64,000 nucleotides of DNA. It comes from Candidatus Acidiferrum sp. (GTDB lineage Bacteria; Acidobacteriota; Terriglobia; Acidiferrales; UBA7541). The stretch lies in NCBI GenBank assembly GCA_035280065.1, contig DATEGO010000059.1, positions 16,888 through 80,887 of the forward strand, given 5' to 3'. Positions 50,701 through 58,636 of the stretch are shown piece by piece (within the stretch, counting starts at the first letter, position 1; each line of letters starts with the position of its first letter). A model generated the notes under the pieces. The model did no database searches, was not told the origin of the DNA, and worked only from the letters and a program-made list of their open reading frames with translations. The translations under genes and the position numbers were made by a program.

Positions 50701-51912
50701 TCAGGCCTTCGTTTTTCCGTCGCAGCAGTCGCCCGGAGGAATGGGGTTGCCGTGCGGGCAGGTTTTTGGGTGGCCGAGGAAGGTGCAGATGCGCGCGTCG
50801 AGTTCCGGGCTGATGATGTGTTCGAACCGGCAGGCTTGCGTGTGCGCTTCGGTTTCGTCCACCGCAAAAGTGTCTTTGAACAGCCGCTCCGCCAGTCGAT
50901 GGCGTCGCACCACGTCGCGCGCGCGCTGGCTTCCCGCGGTAGTGAGTTGCGCTGCTCCATTTTGCAGCGCGACCAAGTGCAGATCGGCCATGCGCGAGAG
51001 AACGCGAGCCGCAGGCTCTTCCTGCGCGGACGGCGTACTACCTGCCGAGCCAGAAGCGTGCAGGCGCGCGAATTCGGCGGGCTTTCCTTCTTCGCCGCAG
51101 ACCCAAATCTGTTCGAGCAAGTGGTCGAAGCGAATTTCGTCGTCCGAGGAAACGGATTTGCAGCAATCAGCCGTGTCTACTAGAGGACAGTTGAGTGGCT
51201 GGCTGGGTCCGTGCAGCGCAGAGTCATAATGTAGGTGGCCGTGGGCCAGCTCGATGCGCCGGTCGGCTTGCCGCGCGATGTCCGGATCGTGCGTGACCAT
51301 CAGAATGGTATGACCCGCATTGTGCAACTTGCGAAAGATTTCGATGACGATCCGTTCGTTGGCCTCGTCGAGATTGCCAGTGGGTTCGTCCGCAAGAATC
51401 AGCTTGGGCTGATTGATCAGCGCGCGCGCGATGGCTACGCGCTGCTGCTCGCCGCCGGAAAGCCGCGCTGGCAGATGCGTCAGGCGGTCGCCGAGGCCTA
51501 CACGCTTCAGGGCTTCCTCCGCTTCTTTTTCGTCGGTGACGCTGTGAAAATACTGCGCCAGCATCACGTTTTCGAGCGCGGTGAGATACGGCACAAGATG
51601 GAATTGCTGAAAAACGAAGCCGACTTTTTCCGCGCGGTAACGGACCAGGTCGTTCTCGCCCAAGTTCGCGAGATCGACCCCGTCAACCAACACGCGACCG
51701 CTCGTTAGCGTGTCCAATCCACCGAGAATGTTGATGAGCGTCGTCTTCCCCGAGCCGGAAGGGCCCATGAGCGCAACCCACTCGCCGGTGTTCACCGCGA
51801 AACTAACTCCGTTGAGCGCGTGCAGAGAGGCGTATCGCTTGATCAAATTGTCGATTACGACTTGTTGCGCCTCGGCGCGCGGCTGCAATTGGACTGGAGC
51901 CACCACACTCAC
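50701..51912 (-). CDS. LolD/MacB-type ABC ATPase fused to a DtxR/MntR-type metal-binding dimerisation domain
   Basis: GPSGSGKTT, LSGGEQQR, LADEPTGNLD, VTHD; C-terminal LT.AG...A..VVRRHRLAE...AH..AC.FEH...LGHPKTCPHGNPIP. Confidence 0.88.
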   Translation of the reverse strand: MSVVAPVQLQPRAEAQQVVIDNLIKRYASLHALNGVSFAVNTGEWVALMGPSGSGKTTLINILGGLDTLTSGRVLVDGVDLANLGENDLVRYRAEKVGFVFQQFHLVPYLTALENVMLAQYFHSVTDEKEAEEALKRVGLGDRLTHLPARLSGGEQQRVAIARALINQPKLILADEPTGNLDEANERIVIEIFRKLHNAGHTILMVTHDPDIARQADRRIELAHGHLHYDSALHGPSQPLNCPLVDTADCCKSVSSDDEIRFDHLLEQIWVCGEEGKPAEFARLHASGSAGSTPSAQEEPAARVLSRMADLHLVALQNGAAQLTTAGSQRARDVVRRHRLAERLFKDTFAVDETEAHTQACRFEHIISPELDARICTFLGHPKTCPHGNPIPPGDCCDGKTKA

Positions 51913-53051
51913 GCTTCACCTCGGAACACCGATGCCGGGCGAATACTCGCCAGCCGCCGCAGCGGGAAAGCGCTCAGAATCGCTACCAACATCGTCAAAC
52001 CCACCGTTACAGGATACACAATCAGGCGCGGACGTGCCGCCACGCCAAAGACGGCTTTGCCCAGGCCGATAGAGAGCAAAATACCGAGCGCTGCGCCGAT
52101 TAACCCGCCCGCAAAGCCCAGCAGCGCGGCTTCTGCTAAAAACAATCGCACCACGCGACGCGTAGCTCCGCCAATGGCCTTCATCAAACCGACGTCCATC
52201 TTGCGCTCGATAGCCACATTGGTCATGGCGGCCATCACGCACAGCGCTGTCAGCAGCAACACGATGCCCACCGTAGCTGTCAGCAATCCGCTGATGCGGT
52301 TGTAAATCTTTGCCTCACCCTCGGTGAATTGGCGGATGGGGCGTATTTCGGCGTCAGGAATTCTTTTCTGAAGATCCGCGATGTAGCTTTGGATTTCGCC
52401 CGGAGTGCCTGGAACGGTCAGTTGGATCACGCTGATGCGATCTGGCAGGTTGGCAAGCCGCTGCGCAGCTCGCAACCCGATCTCGATGCGGTCGTCCTCC
52501 GGTCCGCCAGTTTCGCGAAAACTGGCAACCCAGCAAGATTCAAGGCGGTCGCCGCTAGTCAAGACAAGTTCTGAGTCTTGCTGGGCGCCCATCTGCTTTG
52601 CTACTTGTTCGCCGGCGACACACACTTGTTCCGACGAGGCCTGCCCTAGGGAGGCTAAAGCAGTAATAATCCCAAGCGGATTCGAGCCAGCGATAACTGT
52701 GGTTCCAGATCTTCCCGATTTTGGAACCGAGACGCTCGCGATCAGGTAAAGGGCGGATAACACGGTCACGCGGCCGCTGGGAACACTCACTGGTACCGAA
52801 TGGATGATGGATTCCGAAAACGTTTCCGAACCTGACAACGAAGAGCCCTTTGGGACGATCAGCACATTTGGTCCAAACGCGCGGAATTCCGTGGTGAGGC
52901 GGCGCTTTGCGTCCACTTGCAGATTGAGCAGCGCGGCGGTGACCGCGGCGCCCGCTCCGAGCGCCAGCAGCATGACGACCAAACGTCCTCGGTTAGCTCC
53001 CAGCAAGCGGCGGAGGATGCGCCAAAACATTCCGCGATTGGCGTCAGGCAT
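51909..53051 (-). CDS. FtsX/MacB-type ABC permease
   Basis: EFRAFGPN, periplasmic domain, ERKMDVGLMKAIG, three C-terminal TMs. Confidence 0.88.
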   Translation of the reverse strand: MPDANRGMFWRILRRLLGANRGRLVVMLLALGAGAAVTAALLNLQVDAKRRLTTEFRAFGPNVLIVPKGSSLSGSETFSESIIHSVPVSVPSGRVTVLSALYLIASVSVPKSGRSGTTVIAGSNPLGIITALASLGQASSEQVCVAGEQVAKQMGAQQDSELVLTSGDRLESCWVASFRETGGPEDDRIEIGLRAAQRLANLPDRISVIQLTVPGTPGEIQSYIADLQKRIPDAEIRPIRQFTEGEAKIYNRISGLLTATVGIVLLLTALCVMAAMTNVAIERKMDVGLMKAIGGATRRVVRLFLAEAALLGFAGGLIGAALGILLSIGLGKAVFGVAARPRLIVYPVTVGLTMLVAILSAFPLRRLASIRPASVFRGEA

Positions 53052-53183
53052 GAGACTGCTCCGAAGCGATGGAAGAGCACCGACCTGAAGGTCGACCACT
53101 ACAGGAAAGTCGCCGTTGCCGCAGTTGTAGTGGCCGGTCTTTAAACCGGTTCTTTTGCCACGCGTAGTGTCTGCAAAACGTCA

Positions 53184-54590
53184 TCATTCGCCTCGCAGAA
53201 TGGGCGCGGGCTCGATGCGCGAAGCGCGCCGCAGCGGAATGGCACTTCCCAGAAGCGTTACCAGCGCAGCCAGCCCAATTACCACGAAAAAGACTAGCAG
53301 CGTCGGTTCGGGGGCAGCCCCAAAAATCTTTTCGCCCAGCAGGCGAGCCAGAACTATTCCGAGTGCGTAGCCGACTCCTCCGCCCACAAACGCAAGCAGC
53401 AATTGTTCCGCGGCCAGCAAGAAACCTACTGTGAGGGAGCCCGCACCCAGTGCTTTCATCAGGCCAATCTCAACCTGCCGCTCAATCACGGACGCAGCCG
53501 ACGATGCGCCCACCGCCAGCGCCGCAGCCAACATCGCCGCAAAAGTGACCAGCCACAGTAGGGTTTGCACACGCGTGAGAATCCGGCCCTCGCCTTCGGC
53601 AACGCGGCGAATTACGCGTACGTCTGTGCCCGGCAGCACCTGCCCGATCGAATAAGCAATCGAGGAAACATACGGACTGCAGGACCATCTCTCAAACTCA
53701 GGGGCGCTCATGGTCTTTGGATCGCGGCGACCGAAATCGTCTTCCGGCTTGGTCAGGGCACTCACATAGAGTTTGCGGTACTCATAGGCGCGCCGAGCGA
53801 GCCGCTGAACGCTAACGAGAGGCATGAGGACCGCGTCGTCTTCAGCTGCGCCTGCAGTAAGGATTCCGGTGACCAGGCACCCAATGCTCGGTGTGCCGAG
53901 GTAGTTCTGCATGTCTACGCGGTCCGGGTATGTGATGTAAATGTGATCGCCAGTATGGAGCGCCCAGCGCTTCGCAAGATGGACGCCGACAACACACTCG
54001 TCCGGGATGCCAACGTAGGTATGGCCGCCAGCCGCCCCGGGCGGCAAGTCAGGAGGAAATACTTCAACTCGCTTGACAGTGCCGGCGTCCGGCGCGAACC
54101 AACGCCCCCCAATTTGAAACCATGGATTGGTGTGATCGATGCCAGTAACGAAGGTCGAGCCATCCTTCAAATATATGGGGTAAGAGGCCCAGGTCCCGAT
54201 GATTTGGGTCTTGGCTTCGACGGATGGATTGGCGCCATCCGGCGTTCTTGCCACCGTTGCGGAAATGTCCAAGGACGGAGCGAACGCCATGATGTTGTTG
54301 TGCCAGAAAATTGTTTTGAGTTTTGGCAAGTCGGCTTCGGGGAGATACGCTCCCACATTCACAGGCCGGTAATCCACGCCGCCAATTTCCAGCGGCAACG
54401 AGTCGGCCTTCGGCGTGACCACCAAATTCGCGCCAAGGCTGCGGAACTCCTTCGCCAGGCGGTCACCGACATCCAGCGCCACGCTGAGCGCGGCCGTAGC
54501 CACACCCATACCCAGAGCCAGCGCCGCGCCGGTCAGCAGCTTGTGCCGGGGACGCCGCCCGAAAGAATCGGCCACGAGTCGGAGAAACAT
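53184..54590 (-). CDS. FtsX/MacB-type ABC permease (Fet-like iron system)
   Basis: EFRSLGAN, KTIFW.NNI.AFAP, W.CSPYVSSIA, ERQVEIGLMKALGA. Confidence 0.88.
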   Translation of the reverse strand: MFLRLVADSFGRRPRHKLLTGAALALGMGVATAALSVALDVGDRLAKEFRSLGANLVVTPKADSLPLEIGGVDYRPVNVGAYLPEADLPKLKTIFWHNNIMAFAPSLDISATVARTPDGANPSVEAKTQIIGTWASYPIYLKDGSTFVTGIDHTNPWFQIGGRWFAPDAGTVKRVEVFPPDLPPGAAGGHTYVGIPDECVVGVHLAKRWALHTGDHIYITYPDRVDMQNYLGTPSIGCLVTGILTAGAAEDDAVLMPLVSVQRLARRAYEYRKLYVSALTKPEDDFGRRDPKTMSAPEFERWSCSPYVSSIAYSIGQVLPGTDVRVIRRVAEGEGRILTRVQTLLWLVTFAAMLAAALAVGASSAASVIERQVEIGLMKALGAGSLTVGFLLAAEQLLLAFVGGGVGYALGIVLARLLGEKIFGAAPEPTLLVFFVVIGLAALVTLLGSAIPLRRASRIEPAPILRGE

Positions 54591-54596
54591 TTCGCG

Positions 54597-54703
54597 AGTT
54601 GTAAGTTATAAGTTCTAAGTTGTAAGTCTTGAGCGAATCTCCAAACGTTTGCCCTTCTTGCGGTAGCGCAGACCTTATGACTTAAAACTTACGGCTATGA
54701 CTT
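54597..54703. repeat. Inverted pair of heptamer tandem arrays (hairpin element)
   Basis: AGTTGTAAGTTATAAGTTCTAAGTTGTAAGTC ... TTATGACTTAAAACTTACGGCTATGACTT. Confidence 0.7.
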
Positions 54704-54712
54704 GTTCCTTCC

Positions 54713-55975
54713 TTATCGAGGAATCTCCTTGGACGCCTGAGCGATGGCGGAAATATCAATCACAATGTCGCCTCCATCCACGTGCGCGGGCACGCCGATG
54801 GGATTGCAGCCTCCCTGGTCGCCAATCGAGGGAATATAAATCGCGGAAGCGCAGTGCCGGCAGATGACATTCTGGCCGTCCTGGCGGTAGCCTTCTGCGC
54901 CGCAAATCCGGCAGGCATCCAGCGCGACGCCCCAGCCGTTAGGCTTTTTGATGACCATGAAGCGTATGGACTGCTTACCCGCGCTGACCGTGAACAGATG
55001 CATGGTCCCATCCTGTACTTCGCTGACGGGCACACGCACGACGTTGCCAACCGGGTCAATCGCCCGGGCCGTGGGCGGCGCAGAGTTCGCCCGCGCATAA
55101 ATGAAATCGGCTGTTAAGACGAGAATCACGGCCAGCGAAGCCGTCGCCGCGGCAATCATCCAGCGGCGCTGACGCCGGTTCTGCGACTCGAGCAACCGCT
55201 TCTCCGCTTCATTGAGAGATTCTTTCGCGACTTTGGCGTGCGAAGCGGCCTGCCATTCGCGCAAAATCAGCAGCATCGCCGCGCCAAAAATGAAAACGAA
55301 GAAGAATAGTTCGTTGCGCACGATGGGGCCGAGAATGGCCATTTCCGCTTGGCTCGAAGGCAGCCACTGCGCCTCACTCAGTTCGTGCAAGCCCGTCAGC
55401 GCGAGCTGGAAGGCCACGAGGATCAAAATGATGCTTGTCGCGGCGAAAAACCGGTGCAACGGAATTCGCAGCGTGCCCTTGAAGAAGAACAATCCAACGG
55501 CAACTGCTGCGGCGATCCCGGCAAGCGTCCCAATCCAGGTTTGCAATCCCTCCGTGGAAAGTTCGACGGCGCGAAGAATCAGCGCCAACTCCACACCCTC
55601 GCGGAGAACCATCAGGAACACAAAAAGGAAAATCCCCCAACCCGCGGCTTTCCCAGCGCGCTCCGCGTAAGACTCCACCTTCTCCTCAATCTCTTTTCGC
55701 AGGTGGCGCGCAACCCGGTTCATCCATACAATCATCGTAACAACAAAGACCGAGGCCACCAGGAGCATCAGCCCCTCGAATCCGTCTTCGCTGATGCGCC
55801 AGCGCTCCAGACCCACCGCCACAGCCAGGCTCAAAGCAGCGGCCGCCGCGACGCCATACCAAACGAATTGCGCCAGATGGCTGCGGGCGGTGCGGGAGAG
55901 ATACACCAGGATGATGCCAACGACGAGCGCCGCTTCCACGCCTTCACGAAGCGCAATAAGAAAAGCTGAGAGCAC
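54713..55975 (-). CDS. FTR1 iron permease fused to DUF2318 Fe-S-type domain
   Basis: Two REGVE (RExxE) motifs, GLHEL; C-terminal DACRIC...ICRHC...GGCNP. Confidence 0.9.
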   Translation of the reverse strand: MLSAFLIALREGVEAALVVGIILVYLSRTARSHLAQFVWYGVAAAAALSLAVAVGLERWRISEDGFEGLMLLVASVFVVTMIVWMNRVARHLRKEIEEKVESYAERAGKAAGWGIFLFVFLMVLREGVELALILRAVELSTEGLQTWIGTLAGIAAAVAVGLFFFKGTLRIPLHRFFAATSIILILVAFQLALTGLHELSEAQWLPSSQAEMAILGPIVRNELFFFVFIFGAAMLLILREWQAASHAKVAKESLNEAEKRLLESQNRRQRRWMIAAATASLAVILVLTADFIYARANSAPPTARAIDPVGNVVRVPVSEVQDGTMHLFTVSAGKQSIRFMVIKKPNGWGVALDACRICGAEGYRQDGQNVICRHCASAIYIPSIGDQGGCNPIGVPAHVDGGDIVIDISAIAQASKEIPR

Positions 55976-55992
55976 GGACGGTCCTGTAGGTC

Positions 55993-56015
55993 TAGTTGTA
56001 AATCATTTGCAACTA
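55993..56015. promoter_or_regulatory. Fur-box-like operator palindrome
   Basis: TAGTTGTAAATCATTTGCAACTA, an 11-1-11 inverted repeat with one mismatched pair and an AATCATT core, just upstream of the FTR1 operon. Confidence 0.75.
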
Positions 56016-56023
56016 CAAATTCG

Positions 56024-56053
56024 AGTTTACCTTAGGCCAACTCCCAAGGTCAA
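56024..56053 (-). promoter_or_regulatory. Sigma70-type promoter of the iron-uptake operon
   Basis: Minus strand TTGACC-N18-TAAACT, directly upstream of the operator. Confidence 0.6.
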
Positions 56054-56261
56054 CCGGACTAATTCAGTCCTATTTGATAGGATGCGCAACTCTAGCGCCC
56101 GGAATAAGCTATTCTCCGGCCCGCTCTTACGCCTCAGTAACTTACGCTGAATCAACGCGCCTCATTTGTCATCTACGGTTGGCAGGATTCATTGCCCGTT
56201 TTTTGCACGTTTTTCGTACTGCTCTTGTTCGTAGCAACTCCGCTGTGCGCCCAAGAAACTC

Positions 56262-56603
56262 TTGCTGGAAGCAGCGGTGAACGACAAGCCCGCCGTGCGT
56301 CTGCTCGACACTGGCGCAGATAACTCCATCGTGTCTCCATCCGTGGCTGGAATTACCGCCAAGCTCGACCCGCTGAAGCCTGAAAAGACAACGGGAGCCA
56401 GCGGAGACTACACCAAAGCCAAGATTGATCTGCGACTGGAAAAACGCCATTGGATAGACCGGCCCATTCTTGTAGTGGACTTGAGCGAAGCCAGCAAGCG
56501 ACTCGGCGCGCTTCTTGACGGGTTTGTGGGGAAGGACATTTTGAGGGAGTTTTCAGCGTGCGGGATTGATTACAAGGCAGCCGTAGTCGAGTTTGAGAAA
56601 TAA
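56262..56603 (+). CDS. Retropepsin-like aspartyl protease domain, probably N-terminally truncated
   Basis: LLDTGA catalytic motif, DGFVGKDIL, IDY; no convincing start. Confidence 0.65.
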   Translation: MLEAAVNDKPAVRLLDTGADNSIVSPSVAGITAKLDPLKPEKTTGASGDYTKAKIDLRLEKRHWIDRPILVVDLSEASKRLGALLDGFVGKDILREFSACGIDYKAAVVEFEK

Positions 56604-56720
56604 GCGGGATGCGCCCACAATGCGTCGGGTTAGATCGACACAGACTCCTGAGCGGGGATTTTGAGCGCTATCGCCTGCTTACAACATCTACTCGGGAGCA
56701 TAATGCTGTGGGCGGTTCCG

Positions 56721-56915
56721 ATGACCCGATTTAAGGAACTAGCAAGAATCCAAGCCGCGATTAAGCGCAGGAATGAATCCGAGCTTCGGTGGCCGATAGA
56801 GCACTGTCAGATGAGGCTGCGGATTGCCGCTCGAAAGGATCATGCAAACTACTGGCGCGGCATCCAGCTTGAGGTCGCGGACGCACTTCGCTCACTTGCT
56901 CCACCCACCACCTGA
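56721..56915 (+). CDS. Small hypothetical protein
   Basis: 64-aa helical-looking ORF with CATAAT upstream. Confidence 0.4.
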   Translation: MTRFKELARIQAAIKRRNESELRWPIEHCQMRLRIAARKDHANYWRGIQLEVADALRSLAPPTT

Positions 56916-57708
56916 CGAGGTCGTGGGATCGGTCGCTTGGCGCGTCAGGCAAAATTTTCACTCTGTGCGGGAGGGAGGCGACCAAGCCTCTCCTTTTTGG
57001 GGGAGGTTGGAGCCCTGGCCGCCTCCAGGTTACCTCGGACGTGGCAAGCTTAATTGTCCCGGCACGTTTGTTGGAACTGTCAAGAGAAACAGGTGCAATT
57101 TGTAGAGGAGCGCCGCGCACGATCATGTCTTTCAGGATTCGTTATCCTGCAAAACACCTGGAATCGCACTCGAAGGAAACCCTGCATCTCCGTTATTCGC
57201 GCCTTGCTACAAAGCAACGACAGCGAAGAACGTGATGCCTTAAAAGGCTTATCCAGCGGGGACCACTCAACTGGCGGTTTGAGTGCAAGACCGTGAAGCT
57301 GCCGCCGCTAATCTACCCCTAGCCCCACGGATTATTCCCAACTCCCGGCGCAGTTGCCGCACCTGTCAAAACTGACAGGTGCAAGCTCAGCTCTCAAGGC
57401 GTAATTACGATTTCCTCTGCACTGGATGCAGACTCAATGGCGGTTTGAGTTGCAACAATTCGCGAGGCACCGTCAGCCAACTCGACCCCGAGAGCGTGAC
57501 CCGTTTCACAGCCTCGCGTATAAATCCCTCAGATGCGGTAATCCTGTAACCCCTCTATCGGTACTTCCTGCGAGCGTCTGAGAACGCCTAGGAACGCCTA
57601 GGGCGGGCAGTGGTGCCATGACGCCCCCCTGTACGTAAGTACAGGTTACGCGGATTCGGACGTGATAGGCTTCATACGCCTAGCCTAGGATTAGCCTAGG
57701 AGAAATAT

Positions 57709-58146
57709 ATGGCTTCCGTATTCAAGATGCAGAAAATGCACTACGCGCTAGAGAAATTCGGCGATTTCATTAGCGGTTCTGGTTCTGGAGCCGTGTCAGC
57801 TTATGCCGCTATCCACGCTACGGCCGTCATCGACAGCCTTTGCGCCTTTGAGGAAAAGCTACATGCGCATGGTACTCGAGCGGATGACATCGAGTTTTAT
57901 CTAGGGACAGCTCTCTACGCAGCTTGCCAGTTCCAGGCCTACGTTGCGGGGGAAAAGGGCGATATCGCCAATCCGAATGCCGCCCTAGTTTACCGAGATT
58001 TTCTTGAGGCAAGAATCGAAAAACTGCACCTCCTGGAGCAGGATATGGATTCCTTGGATGCCGACAACGCAATTGGAGGCAATTTGAGCGGCGGTTTCAT
58101 CTTAAAAGAACCGTTCAGGGGTGTACCGCCTGAGAGCCAAAGGTGA
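57709..58146 (+). CDS. Hypothetical helical protein
   Basis: Strong AGGAGA RBS before ATG; 145 aa. Confidence 0.6.
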   Translation: MASVFKMQKMHYALEKFGDFISGSGSGAVSAYAAIHATAVIDSLCAFEEKLHAHGTRADDIEFYLGTALYAACQFQAYVAGEKGDIANPNAALVYRDFLEARIEKLHLLEQDMDSLDADNAIGGNLSGGFILKEPFRGVPPESQR

Positions 58147-58384
58147 CGCATCTATCTTGCTGATTTGTCGTAGCTTGCAGGCTCGCTTTTCGATGTCTAA
58201 GACGCTCCATGCGGGCGGCTGCCTTTGCCCGTCGAGCGGTTAAACGTTCGTCGAAGAGAGTATTGCCAAGTTTTTCCGCGCGCTTTTCCTGAACCTTCAC
58301 AATGCTCAGGGCGACGTGGCTCTTGTAGCGTATTAAAGAAGATTTAGAAACATCCCACTAGTCCGCTATGGTCCGTAATGGCGT

Positions 58385-58573
58385 GGGATGAGCATGTACG
58401 ATGTGGCCAAGTGGATTGGCGACACCGTTCAGACCATCGAAAAGCACTATGCTCCGTGGGTAACATAGCTGCGGGACCTTGCGCGCCGAACCATGGAAAA
58501 TGGCGAAGGATTAGAAAAAACCGATTGCACGATTATTACACAGCCGCCTGCAAAACTGGGGGTCATTCAATGA
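58385..58573 (+). pseudogene. Tyrosine recombinase/integrase C-terminal remnant
   Basis: Frame reads GMSMYDVAKWIGDTVQTIEKHYAPWVT*LRDLARRTMENGEGLEK, box II with the catalytic Tyr, an in-frame TAG and no upstream body. Confidence 0.72.
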
Positions 58574-58636
58574 AAGCCAGAGATAACAAACACTTTGTTG
58601 GAGGGCAGGTCTGTATAAGCTATTCTGTTCTTGCGC

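Larger units (their letters stand above)
56104..58626. mobile_element. Decayed integrative island bounded by 12-bp direct repeats
   Basis: ATAAGCTATTCT at 56104-56115 and 58615-58626; low coding density; tyrosine-recombinase remnant next to the right repeat. Confidence 0.55.

Noticed and set aside
56030-56049. DtxR/IdeR operator (CCTTAGG...CCCAAGG)
   Set aside because: Arm spacing is shorter than the 19-bp DtxR box, and the local DtxR-like domain lacks an HTH; better explained as the promoter spacer
58608-58635. dif-like Xer site
   Set aside because: The left arm GGTCTGTATAA resembles an XerC arm, but the spacer length and XerD arm do not fit
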